Under the pieces are notes generated by a model, which had not been told where the DNA came from, made no database searches, and saw only the letters and a program-made list of their open reading frames with translations. A stretch of DNA of 64,000 bases from Salpingoeca rosetta (lineage: Eukaryota; Protista; Choanoflagellata), in assembly GCA_033442325.1 (NCBI GenBank), contig JAWQFM010000029.1, positions 710,847 through 774,846 of the forward strand, in the 5' to 3' direction. Of the stretch, positions 13,282 to 26,580 are shown piece after piece. Each line of letters begins with the position of its first letter. Position 1 is the first letter of the stretch. The translations under genes were made by a program, and so were the position numbers.

Positions 13282-14255
13282 ACTGCACCTTGGTCTTTGA
13301 GGAGAGCCGCAAGGTCTGCCAGGTCTCCGGGCTCACACGTGTCCGCATCCATGCTGCCATTGACATAGACCGCAAACCCCATCCTCCGGCACTCGCGCAC
13401 GAGTATCTGAAACACCTCAGCCTCGTGTTGGGGCGGCACAGCATAGTGATATGGATGCACGCACACGCGGTCTCTCTTCGCAGCACCATTTCTCCTTTGG
13501 ATGTTGTGTGAGTGAGTAAGTGAGTGAGTGAGTGAGTGAGTGAGTGAGTAAGTGAGTGAGTGAGTGAGTGTGTGTGTGTATGTGTGAGTGAGTGAGTGAG
13601 TGAGTGAGTGATTGAGTGATTGAGTGATTGAGTGAACTTTGCAAGCAAACTGTTCTGCAAGGGCAACCATTCCTGCGCCAAGCCGTGCATGCTTACTTGA
13701 TGCCGTAATCGCAGCTGTCGATGAGCTTCCACGTGGCTACAAGAAGCTCGTCGGTGATGGGAAACCGGTGGCCCAACAGCTCCTTGAAAAAAGCGTGTGT
13801 AGACGTCCGTCGCTTGGAGTCTACAACCACATGGTACAAAGTGCATGCAGCGAAGAGCGGAAATGTGTTACGACAGCGCCTCAGCTAGTCAGCCGGGCAT
13901 TCGTTGATGCAACAGGCAAGCAAGACACAATGTCAAAGGCAGTAGCCAACTCCACAGGCACACCCACAATGAGGACAACCATGAGCGCAACACAAACACA
14001 AGCACAGGCGTGGTGTCTTGGCAACGTGCCTTTAGTGCTGTTGAAGCGACCTCGCGTGTGAGTGCAGTTGTTCTTTGGGCAAGTGGGGCACGCAGCTTTG
14101 CATTCCACAAAGAAGTGGTGCTCGGCCACCTGGAACAAGTCCATGGCATCGTTCAATGTAGTGCACACAAGTGCCTGAGCAAATTTGACGTCTCGCTGCT
14201 GGGCTTCTTTCCACAGAGCCCAATTCAGGCTCAGTCCCCCAAGTTGAACACACAT
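5350..14255 (-). CDS. Paralog A: MH1-like Zn domain, Q-rich region, C4 Zn knuckle, Peptidase_G2-like chaperone domain, coiled coil and FGF/fascin-like beta-trefoil (3' end uncertain)
   Basis: Exons 14255-14030, 13820-13697 and 13494-13289 give ...CPTCPKNNCTH...RRTSTHAFFKELLGHRFP...SCDYGIK...VCVHPYHY. Downstream exons give WMANCPSC, CFQCGADLTSTGADIAYLFPK, FEEGDVVGLF...CGVISRSA, VCMFG, KVGGPVKTGDLLYTG, LLGIALDGG...NNNVTDAAIKQQIDDL and GRYLCATVDGDLIAS. These are collinear with paralog B. Confidence 0.75.
7928..8004 (-). other. Isolated centrin-3/Cdc31-like exon (EF-hand 4 region) inside an intron of paralog A
   Basis: cag|...|gtgag-bounded 77-nt exon encoding ELGEDIPDDELKAMIEEFDQDNDGE, close to centrin-3 ELGENMSDEELRAMIEEFDKDGDGE. 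No other centrin exons are recognisable nearby. Confidence 0.7.
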
Positions 14256-14719
14256 CTTGGCGCACAACAACGTGCTTCCACTTCTTCTGCGGCTTCTTCT
14301 GCTTCTGCTTGCAAAGCCAACGACTTGCGTGGAGCGTCGGCCACTTTGGAAAATGATGCTGGCTGCACAAGCGCTTGCCTGTCTCTTGTGTTGGCCAGTA
14401 TCGACGATCACCTGCGGTGGTGGTGGTGGTGGTGGTGGTGGTGGTGATGCTGCAGGGCAGTGCTGCTGATGGTGGTGGTCGTCGGGTGTTCGTGTTTCGG
14501 TGCGAGGGTGCGTGCGCGTGTTGTTGACCTTGTCTGCTCTGGTTCGGTGGTCCTTTCCCCTTCTCTCCTTTTATCCTTTTGCTTCTTGCTTTGCTTTGTC
14601 GCTTGTTTGGGTTGTGGAAAATTCATGAATGTCAGCGCTAATCGTACACTCGACGATGACACAACTGGGTGTGTGGTGCGTGCGTGTGCACGCGCGCTGT
14701 TGTTGGTGTTATGTTCCAG

Positions 14720-14812
<93 letters not shown>

Positions 14813-15308
14813 CAACGACCAAAGAAAGCAACAGCCCACCCTGCCTTGCTTGCCTAATCAACTCAGACCAATCAGATCACACATTCGATTTAAATCTCGT
14901 GCATGAGAGCAAAAGAAGGGGGTCAGCAACAGCACTGCTTATATCAACGAAGATTTGTGAAAACGCAAGGAAGCCAAAGACAAAACGTGTGGTGGGGTAA
15001 ACAGGGACAACAAAAAGGAGGTGAAGCCGAACAATAAGAAGGAAGAATTCAAAGGAAAGCCAAAAGCTAAGGTGAGATTCACGTGTCACGTGTCACGTGA
15101 TGTGATGCGATGCGTGCGCGCGCGCGCGTGTGTGTGTGTGTGTGACACATGGCAACACAACACAACACCAATGTCGTGACAAAAGCAGCATCCAGGAAAC
15201 AAGGAAATCAAGATTTTGGCATGGCGTACTGTAACATAACGTCACGCCTGCGTTATTATCACCATCAGCATCAACAGTCGCAGCATCATCCATCATCCAT
15301 CTCACGTG

Positions 15309-18300
15309 CTACACGAGGAAGATTTGCGAATCCCGGTGCTGTATGGTTGCATGTGTGGCGGCGGCGGCGGTGGTGGTGGCTCCCTGCTCTGCCTGCTGCT
15401 CTGACGCGTCCTGAAGGAGAACAGCATGGCTAATGCGCTGTAGTTCGTCCTCCGCGCTGTTGTATCCCCACACCGTCAGGCTGCTCGTATCCAACCATGG
15501 TTGCCAGGGCTGCCGGCTCTCATCCTCACCACCATCATAATTCACGTCGTCGCGACTGCCGCCACGACTGCCACCACGGTGATCACGGCCGTCACGGCTG
15601 CTGTGGTTGCCGCTGTCGCTGCGCGCGTGCGTGTGCACACATGCGAAGAACTCAAAGGGAAGCTCGTCGCTGGGAACGGGATGGCTGCTGCGGGCAACAT
15701 ACACACACAGCGGCTTGGAGCGGCCTGGTGGCGGGGAGAGGGGAGGGGAATGGGAGAGGGCGAGAAGTTGTAGGGGAAGGTGAGGTGAGAATGCGGGGCA
15801 AAGGTGGGGTGGGGGTGCGATAGAATCACTGTGGGTGTGCACACGACGCGACAATCACCGACACGCGCAAAGGGCACACACAAAAGCAAACAAAACATGA
15901 ACGGAATCACTGTGGGTGTGCACACGACGCGACAATCACCGACACGCACAAAGGGCACACACAAAAGCAAACAAAACATGAACACACACACAAACACACA
16001 CACACACACATAAACACACACACACACACACAAAAGCAAACAAAACATGAACATGCACACACACGCACACACAAGCAACACAATACACGCGCACACGCAC
16101 CAATTTTGATGGCAAAGTTTGCTGTCTCGCACTGAACGACGACAGGGCGGCTGGCGTGCACGAAGCACAGCGCAATGCGGTCGCACTGCTGGTGCGATGA
16201 TGATGACGACAACAACGACGACGACGATGATGGTGTTGGCACCATGGTGAAGTCCGTAGTTGCATTGCCTTGCACTTCAACTCTTCGGCCTTCATCATCG
16301 CCACCATCACTGTCAATATCGCCTTCACTGTCATCATCACCATCACCATCACCATCATCACCACCGCGACCACGAGCACGGCGGTGCGGCTTTGATTGTT
16401 TACGTTGCTGTTGTTCTTCTCTCGCCAACACACCAGCGCCCCCACTACGCTCATCGCCAACAGTCCCTGCATCAACAGCACCAGTCGCGCTGCTGCTGCT
16501 GCCGCTCATAACACTTGACAACGCGCCCGCTGTTTGGCTTCGCCTCGCCGTCTTCCCACCACCACCACCGCCGCCGCTGTTGCTGCTGTTGCTGCTTCGC
16601 CGTCGACTACGCCGACCACCGCTGCTGCCGCTGCCGTCGGCGTCGCCGTGCAAGTCGACATCAACCACGTCGTCCAGCTCCCTCAGCTCGTCGGGGGTGC
16701 CTGCGATTGTGTGTTCGCGGCGAAGAGGGCTCATTCCCCGCCGCTTTCGTCTCCGTGCCCGGGACGGGCGGTCAACGCCGCTGTCGGTACCAGCATTATC
16801 GTCGTCGTCGTCGTCGTCGTCATTGGTGGCGTTGGTGTTGGTGCTGGCGTTGGGGATGCTCTTGTCGCGGCTGTTGTTGCTGTTGTTCGCGCGCTCGTTC
16901 CGCTTGCTGGCGGTTGCGCCGTTGGCAGCGGTGAGCACTTCCTCAAACGCACCGTCGCCGTCCGTGTCATAGTGGTCGGTGTCTGTGATATCGCCGCTGC
17001 TTGCCTCGTCCACGTCAGAGAGTATCGACGCATCAGACTCGTCGGCATCCGTCTTCGCATGGTGTGCCAGCTGCTCTCCAATGTCCGCCACTGCACGGTG
17101 CAGTGTCAATTGCCGGGGTTGCGGTGGCGGTGGTGTTGTGGCGTGAGGACACATGAAACACATTCGATCAGTAGCAGCGATCACAGAGACGCTCGTGGTC
17201 GTATACACACACACACACACATACAACAACACACAAACATGCACACACGCGCAGACAAACGAACCGAAGATGCAAGCAGGCGTGATGGTGGTGGAGACGC
17301 GTGGGTTGCCGTCCTCATCAAAGCAGAGGTAGTGCTGTCCGCACCGCAGCGCAACACCATCTGTAATTTGGGGGGGGGAGGTGGAGGTTGGGATGGGATG
17401 GGGTGAGTACAGATACACCATTCAGGCGTGGTGATGTTGTGACAAAGGCCACCGTTGCCTGTACACAACACACAACGCACACACATGCACGCGACGCAAA
17501 ACACGCACCTTCTGTCGAGATCCATTCAAAGGCGGTTGATGCGTCCGTGGCGGTGGTGAAGACAGGGAGACCGTCCTTCAGGCCAATGTACCCGTCGGCG
17601 TGCAGCAGTCTGCAAACAAATCACGGACAAGGGGCGGTGTCGTGTGGTGTCATGTGGTGTGTTGTGATGGGTTGTGATGTGGTGTGATGTGGTGTGAGGT
17701 TCGGGGTGACTTTTGGATTGTGGGGTGCGGGAAGAATAATCACCAGGAGCGCAACACACACACACACACAGTCTTTCCAGGCGCGTGTGCAGGGTAGTGT
17801 TGCAGACCTGACAAGAGGGCGGCTGATGACTTCGAATGCGAGAAGTGACTGCAGCCCGTGGCCTTTGCAATCCACCTGTGCACAGGTGTCGTGTCGTGTT
17901 GTGCAGAGCAGAGGCGAGACGAGGTGAGTGGACAAGGGAGATGCAGAGTGTGGGGCAACAGAATCACACATGCACGCACACAAGGGTATGCAAACACACA
18001 CAGGATAAATGCACACACACACACATATACGTCCATGACACAAATGAGCGCGACTGCGACCGCACCTTGCCGCCAAAGACGCGCACGGCCTCCTGCGTGG
18101 TCTGGGCATACAGGCGGCACAGACACACGCGCTTGTCTGCAAAGGCATTGAGGTTGAGGACGCGCTGCTTCTCGCTGCGGGTGAGGTGCAGGTGGCGGCC
18201 GGGGCGCAGGTGGTGCTCAACGTCATCAAACCGCGACACGAGCATGTGCCGCTCTGAGGAGGTGGACGCCATGGTGGTTGGTGATGGTGGTGGTGAGGAG

Positions 18301-18381
18301 GAGGAGGCGCGGATGTGTGTGTGTGTGTGTGTGTTTGCATGTGTGTGTGTATGTGTGCACGTGTGCACGTGTGCACATATG

Positions 18382-18419
<38 letters not shown>

Positions 18420-19226
18420 AAGGCGAGCATAAGCGAAGGTGAAGAGAGACACGAGCATGGCAGTCGATGGGTTGCGTACTTGTAGTTGACTGATGTGAGG
18501 CTACGTCCTGGCGAATCTCTGCACAGCAACACATGCAAGCAGACAATCACATGATGCAAAGGGTGAGGAGAAACCCCGAATACGCACAACGCACACGCAC
18601 GCGACCAACACAAACAACGCTGCCCGAAGCAAACGTTTTGAAGTCATGCAGCCACGCACACGCACACGTACACGCGCACATGCACACACACACGTACACG
18701 CGCACATGCACACACACGCGCGCGCAAACGCAAGCGCACCGAAGCAGGCGCGCTTGTCGAATGTGGACTTTCGCCTGTAGTTCGGGTACGGCCGCCCGCT
18801 GGCAGAAACAGCCAGGTGCCGTCCGCCGCGCGTGAACGAGAAGTAGTTGGTCGCTGGTGGCGTCGTGACGCGGGCAGTGGGGTGTAAGGAGGATCGACAC
18901 GAGAGGGATGGATGTGTGTGTGTGTGCGCGCGCGTATCAGAACGAACGTCAGGTTCACAATGGCACGATTCAAAAGAGTCACACGCCATACACCACCACC
19001 ACCACCACCACCACCACCACCACTCGTGCTGGCAACATACCGACTTCCTGGATGGAGAACCACGGCAGGTCCTCCAGCGACGCCACGCGCACAAACCGCG
19101 GCTGCCCGCTCGCGTCCAGCGTCAGCGCACGCGCCCCCTGGAATGGTTTGACGATGCTGTGGCGTACGGGCGGGGAGGGGGAAGTAATGTGAAGATGTGG
19201 GGGAGAGGGAGTGCGTGGGCGAACGA

Positions 19227-19270
<44 letters not shown>

Positions 19271-21702
19271 ATACACATGCACGTGAGCGTGTGTAAGTGT
19301 GAGAGGAGAGAACAGAAGAGGACTGGCCGAGACCACAAGGATTGCAAGTGTACAACGAGCAAACACTCGAGCAACCAGTCGAGCACGATTCAACTTACGC
19401 CACGCGCTGGTCGCTGCCGCAGAGAAGAACAACACGCGTGTATGTCCCGTACTGTCCAGTGAATGTCACCCGCTGCAAGGCACACACACACAATGTGGCG
19501 ACGAGTGCATGATATGAGAGCGTGTGAGTACTGGGGGTGAACAGCCAAACACACCTACAAACACAGACATGTCGCTGCAGGAATGCCACGATACAACCGT
19601 CCCAACACAAGCGCACACGCATCCAAGCACACGCGCAAAAGCACGAATGCACAATCACAAACGCACACAATTACACCATACACCACACACACACACACAA
19701 ACGCAAAATCACGCACCGTTGTCTCTGGCATGAAGCGAAGCATGCGTTGCGATGAAAGGGAGACGATGAAGCACCACATGGCCGGCAGGTCGCGGAGTGT
19801 TGGCTTGCGGAACAGCCGCAGCCGCGCCAGTTTGCGCGCCGGCTGCGCATGGAGCAGCAGCCCGCCCGTCGACGGTATCACGCGCACAGAGTTGGAACCT
19901 GACGTTGGGAAGGAGAGAGGGGGAAGGAGGGGGAGGAGGGGGACGCGAGCAGTGTTGTGTGGTATGGTGTGTGGGGTGTGATATGGTGTGTGGGGTGTGG
20001 TATGGTGTGTGGGGTGTGAGGGCCGTGCAAGGGTGGCAGTACCACATTCGCTATGTTTGCGTGACTTGGGTGTTTGTGCAATGGTATGCGGAGTTGTGCT
20101 GGTGAATAGGGACACAAGCCTTCCCCCAAAACACATTAAGCACGTGATGAGCAAGAGCCCGGTGCGGGACTGACTTGTGACGGAGGGATGACGATGAAGC
20201 GATGGATGGCGCACCTGCTGTGCCCGCTCAACCTGACACACACGCACACACAGGACCATTGTGATCAGGAAAGAGCGGTGCCAAGTGCGAACAAACAACA
20301 AACCGCAACAACTGCACCATGCAAGCGCTTAACACCACACACACATACACATACACATACACATACATAAACAAACACCCCCTGCCGGTACCTTCTTGAG
20401 GCGCTGTAGGATATTCTCCTGTGTGCGCACAATGCCGTCCACGCGCTGCTTGAGTTGCGAGTTGAGGTCGTCAATCTGCTGCTTGATGGCGGCGTCGGTG
20501 ACGTTGTTGTTGAGGGAGATGAGCGCCCGCACACGTCGCACCTCCACCCCATCCCGCACCTCAACCTCGCTGCCTTCCCCGCCATCCAGCGCAATGCCCA
20601 GCAGAATCTGTTTGGACCACGGCGAGGTGCGCATGGCCTGGGCAACACCTGCGGGCCATGCATCCGCTGACGACAGCGACGTCAACACGCCCCGCTTGCG
20701 AGGTGACACGCCATCACCAACGCCACTTCCAACACCACCATCAGCAACATCGGCGTCGTTGCCGGGGGTGCTGCTGCGGTTGGCTGCTTGCTGCTGGGTC
20801 GACACCCTGCCATGCTGGGGTGCCAGCGGCGCCGGGGAGGTGGAGGGGGCGGATGTGGACGCGGACATCGACGATGGCGGTGAGGATGAGGACGGCTTGG
20901 TGGCAGCATCCTCCCGGTTGGTGCCGGTGTTGGTGCCGGTGTCGGTGTTGGTGTTGTTGCTGTTGCTGTTGCTGTCAGCTGCAACATCGGCCACGGCTAT
21001 CTCCTCGTATCCAAACGCTGACGGCGGCGCCCCAGTGTCCGATGACACCGCCTCCTTCTGCGTCAGCTGGTGCTGCGTGTCTGCTTGCTGTGTTTGCTGG
21101 TAGCGAGGCGAGGTTGGGCTGCTTGCAAGCACGAATGTCGTGCCTTGGGTGGTCACGTTGTCATACTCGCCGCTGCCGCGCCCGCCATCAAACCGGTGGC
21201 CGGCAACCCGTTCCAGCTGGCGCCGTTTCAGTTCATCCCGAGCGGAGCCTCCACCAACATCGCCGTCGTTGTCATCATCTTCGCTGTCATCATCGTCGTT
21301 GTCGCTGCTGCACACCACCTCGTCGTGTCCGCTGCGTGTCAGGACGGGCTGCTTTGTGCGTGCTGCCGTCTGCGTGTGTGTGTTTGTGTCCGTGTCGGGA
21401 CGGCCACCGCCGTTCACGAGCGAGGGCGTGGCCGACGACGACGACAGCGCCGGTGGCGAGCGGCTGTTGCCTGCAGGCATCTCGCCCACAGCTGCACCGG
21501 ACGTGGCGTGGGAGAGCGGCGTGGACGTGACAGAGCCATCGTCCTCGTCAGTCACGTCGTCATCGTTATCGTACGGCCCCGTGTACAGCAAATCGCCCGT
21601 CTTCACCGGACCGCCGACAAGCACATGCACGATGCTGCCGTGCGGTGGCGGTGGTGGTGGAGACACGGGTGTGAGTGAGGGGGTGGGTGGGTGGTTGCGT
21701 TA

Positions 21703-21784
<82 letters not shown>

Positions 21785-22303
21785 AGTTGTGCACAAGGAG
21801 GGACAGGAGCAATGTGCTGGTTTGACAGGCGTGAAGGAGTGGCGGAGGAACTCACCCATACATGCAGACCGTTTCCACGTCAAAGGTGTTGCGCACTTTC
21901 GCGTTGTTTGCATTTGCACTGCACAAACACGTGTGCAAGCAGCAACGGACAGGTGAGAAAGCAGTGGCAAGTGGAGTGGGGGCAGTTGTCGTGATGCACA
22001 ACAGCGCAGCACTTTGATGAAAGCAAGTAAGAACACGTCACAGAGGCAACCAATGGTGTTAACGAGCAGTTGCTCCCTCAACAAAACCGAACCAAAACCA
22101 CCATCACCACAATGACCACCACCACAAACACAACCACCCTTGGCTGCGTACATGGTGTGTGCTGAGCGGGTGATGACGCCGCACACGACGGCGTCGGCGA
22201 CATTATCGTGGCGAATCCGCTCCACAGCCAGACCGCCGCCCGCAGCCGCAAACAGCCCAACGACCACACCTTCCTCAAACCGCCTGCACAGCCACATGTG
22301 TGT

Positions 22304-22339
<36 letters not shown>

Positions 22340-22731
22340 ATTGAGCGTTAGCAGCGAGTCACACCAAGCAGAACGTGGCCAGCTCACACAAGTGAATTGC
22401 TACTTTGCCAGAGACACATGCACCACCACCACCGCCACATGCAGCAACAGCAAACAGCAAACAGCCAGCATCCAACACCAAACAGTAGTGCGTACTCGTA
22501 TGCGCAGATCTTGGGGAAGAGATAGGCAATGTCGGCGCCCGGCCGCGGTGCCGGCAGCGGCATGTTGCACTGGAAGCACAGCTGCTCAACCTCTGTGTAA
22601 GGGGGAAGGAGGATGGGGAAAGGGTGTGGTGATCGTACGCGGGGGGTGGGATGATGGTGAGTCATGAAAGGAGGAAAGAAGGGGGGGAGAGCGGAGCTGT
22701 TAAAATTTCAACGCGACCAAATGCCAACACA

Positions 22732-22819
<88 letters not shown>

Positions 22820-23012
22820 TTCCTGTCCAAAGTGCATCGTACGTGTTTTTGCAATGGCCTGTGGGAGGTGACAGGAAGGACAGTGTCCCCAGAAAAAGTC
22901 TTCACACTGCAGATCGTCTGGGAAGAGCGCACTCGCATTGCCGGACAACGCAGCCACTTCCCGGTTCATTAGCCCGTACGCCTGCCGCGGTGCGTCATTG
23001 CAAGCGTGATTT

Positions 23013-23050
<38 letters not shown>

Positions 23051-24275
23051 CGTGCGTGTGTGTGTGTGTATGTGTGTATGTGTGTGTGTGTGGTGAGCAT
23101 GTGCTCTTGCTGCTGCTGTTGCTGTTGGGACGGTGTCGACGAGTGACAAGGGCGGCTCACGCCACGTTGCGTGCCACAATGGCAAAATTCAACAACGGCA
23201 AACACAACACGTGTGATCACGAGTCGCGCAGACAAGATACGCACACAACAGCGCTGTGTGTGACAGTGCTGCTGGACTGTACCGTGAAGTTGTCGTCCTC
23301 TGTGTCCATGGATCGCGGCAACAGCACAATCCCAGCGCCGCTCTCGTTCGGCTGAAGGCGACACCATGAATAGTTTGTTGGGCAAGCAGCGCGTGTTGGT
23401 GGTGGGCATGAGTGTGAGCGTGGTGAGGTCGCATTCAGGACGTGCTGTCGTACGCGGCGAGTGATCCAAGTAATGCATCGCCTTCACGGCAGCGCATGCA
23501 CACACATACACGAACCCACATACACGAACGTAACGCACATGCATACATGCACACACACAGCACGCAGTTCACAGAGTACACTCACCGACTGCGCGGTTGT
23601 GTTGGAGAAGAGGGTCATGCCAGCTGCGGACGGGGTGAATCAGGCAATGCACATGCAGCATGGTGAGGCGGCACTTGCTTGGGGACAGCACGCGAAATCA
23701 GACGCAAGGCAGGAAGGTACACAAAGCAGGAACAAGAAACACATACACACACGCGCACGCACGCACACACACTCTCTCCGCCAGTCTTCTCAACGCACAA
23801 TGCTCAGTGAAGGATGCGAGGATGTGTGTTGGAGTGGACTCCTCGAGGGTGAATCCGGTGTTGTGGTACAGCGTCTGGGACACGCGCGGGGTGCGTTGCA
23901 ACCGCCGCCCCTGCCGCCAACTGCGCTCGCTGCCATCGCCATCGTCGCCGCCCTCCAGCATGGCCGTGGATGTCGTGGCCTGTGCTCCCGAGTCATCGTC
24001 TGCTGCAGTCGTCATCACGTTGGAAGCGTCAGCATCGTAGCCGCTGCCATAACCCTCGTTGAACAGCGTGTCAGCGCCAAAGTCTGGCGGCTCCATGCTA
24101 GCGCTTGCAGAGCTGTTGTCTTCCTGTCCCAGGAAGCGCACGCCGCCCCGCATCGATTGCGCAACGTCATACCCTGATTGCATCACGCCAACTCCTTCTT
24201 CTTGCTGCTGATATTGTTGTTGTTGCTGCTGATATTGTTGTTGTTGCTGCTGATATTGTTGTTGTTGCTGCTGAT

Positions 24276-24338
<63 letters not shown>

Positions 24339-25365
24339 GCTGCTGATCGTGTGCATGTGGCGGAGATGTTCGCTCCGGCGTTGCGGCACCATCGTCCTCC
24401 GCACCGGGCGGTGGAAGCTCAAACAGGTCCTGATCCAGCATGTGCAGTACTCCAGCATCACCAGCCACGTCGCTCGCAGGCGTGCCCATACCCGTGGTTG
24501 TGGCTGTGGTGGTGGTGGTGGCGTTGGCGGTTGGCTGCACAGACCATGGCGATGATGATGATGATGATGATAGTGATGGCGGTGGCGCAGCGGTGGTGTC
24601 GACGTGCAAACCGCTGCTGACGAAGCCACCGTTGCGGCCAAGATGTGCCGTCTGGCCAAGCAGGTGCGCAGGCTGCTGGTGTTGCTGCTGTTGCTGCTGC
24701 TGGTGTTGTTGCTGGTGTTGTTGCTGGTGTTGCTGGTGTTGCTGGTGGTGTTGGTGGTGATGGTGGTTGTGATGGCCGGCTGAGCTGTTTGTGGCTGCGC
24801 TCTGCTCGCTGTACACGGAGCCTGTGGCGCTGTCAGCGGGCGACCCCTGCTCTCGCATCAGCGACAGCACATGCCCCGGCGCTTGCACCACCCCGCGCAG
24901 GCTCTCGCTCTGCGCAGGCGGCTGGTACGGCTGCTGCTGCTGCTGATACTGTTGCTGTTGCTGTTGTTGTTGCTGTTGCTGGAGCAGCAGCTGCTGGTAT
25001 TTCTGCTGACGCTGCAGAATGTCAGACACGTGCTCTCCGCCACCGTCGGCTGATGGCGGGGACGGCACAGACTCGCCCTCCTCCTTGTGCCACTCGTGTA
25101 CAGGCCCCTGCTGCTGCAGTTGTTGCTGTTCTTGGAACTGTACTTGCTCCTGGTTGCTGTTGGCGGAAAGGGGCGGCGAGTGCTGCAAATTCGCCGTCCC
25201 GTAGCCAATAGTCGATGACAGTGCTGCGATGTTGTCGTCGCCCTGCTCGCACAACGGCCGCACAAACTTGTTGGCTGCACGCAGAGTGACGCAAGAGCGA
25301 GGAAAGAAGGAGAAAGAAGATGAGCAAGGGGAGGAACAGGGGGTGAGGCTGCAATCGCAGACCTG

Positions 25366-25435
<70 letters not shown>

Positions 25436-26542
25436 TGTGTGTGTGTCTTCAACACGCTAAAGTTGGTGCTGATCCGTAGGTAGTGGCAGGACTCTTATAA
25501 TAGACCAAACATCTCCTGTAGTCTATTTATGGTAAAAGAATACATGCGTATTGCTATTCCTCCGACTTGTGTAGGAGATACCTGCTGCTTTAATGATTAG
25601 TTATTCCGTCAGTTTATGCGGTCTAGAAAAGTTGCCGTCACCTTTAGATCAGTGTTGTCAATCGTCTCGTACCGAGACTACCTTATCCTCGCTTGCTTAA
25701 CCCTGGGTTCCGCTCGTTTCCGTCAGAGCGGGTGAGTACAACAGTCGGCACTCAACACTTTACAGAAGTATCCTTCTCACGAGAAGCAGTCGCATAAAGG
25801 GACTTCACGTGGATGTGCGTGTGTGTCATGTGTGTGTGTCATGCACGTGTCATGCACGAGCCATGCGCGTGAGAGCAACTTACAAGCGTCAACAAGGGCC
25901 ATGCAGAGCTTGTAGTACATGCCGGCCTCGTAAGGAGTGTGCTCAATCTGCACCGCACGACACGATTGGAATGTGTTTGTTTTGGAGGGAGGGAGGAGCA
26001 GCAACCGTCGTGGGAAACATCATGCATGAGGCACCATGCGGTGTGTTGACGCACACACATGCGTAGCAGCAGCAACAGCAGCAGTAGCACCAGGGCATGT
26101 GGGGGACAGACAAGCACGCACACACAAGCACAGACAGACATACACACCCACACCCACACATACCCACACATACACACACACACACACATGCAAACACACA
26201 CACGCCCGCACACATCAAATACACAAGCAACACAAATCAACAGCAACAACAACAACAACTGACGGTGAATCCTGCGCGGGAGCTCTCCTTGACGAGGAGG
26301 TCGAAGAAGAGGCGCTCGTCCTCCGGGTCCACGTGGTAGTGGTGCGGGTTGATGCAGATGGGCGCCAGCCCGTTGGGGCCCGGCGGGCCTTTGCCCTGTC
26401 CGTTGCCGCTGTTGGTGGTAGTGGTGGTGGCATGGTGTGGCGTAAGGATCAACGGTGCGGGAACGGAAGCGGTCGAGTGGCATTGAACACACCATGCGCG
26501 CGCACGCGCGCGCACGCACGCACGCACACACACACACACAGG

Positions 26543-26580
<38 letters not shown>

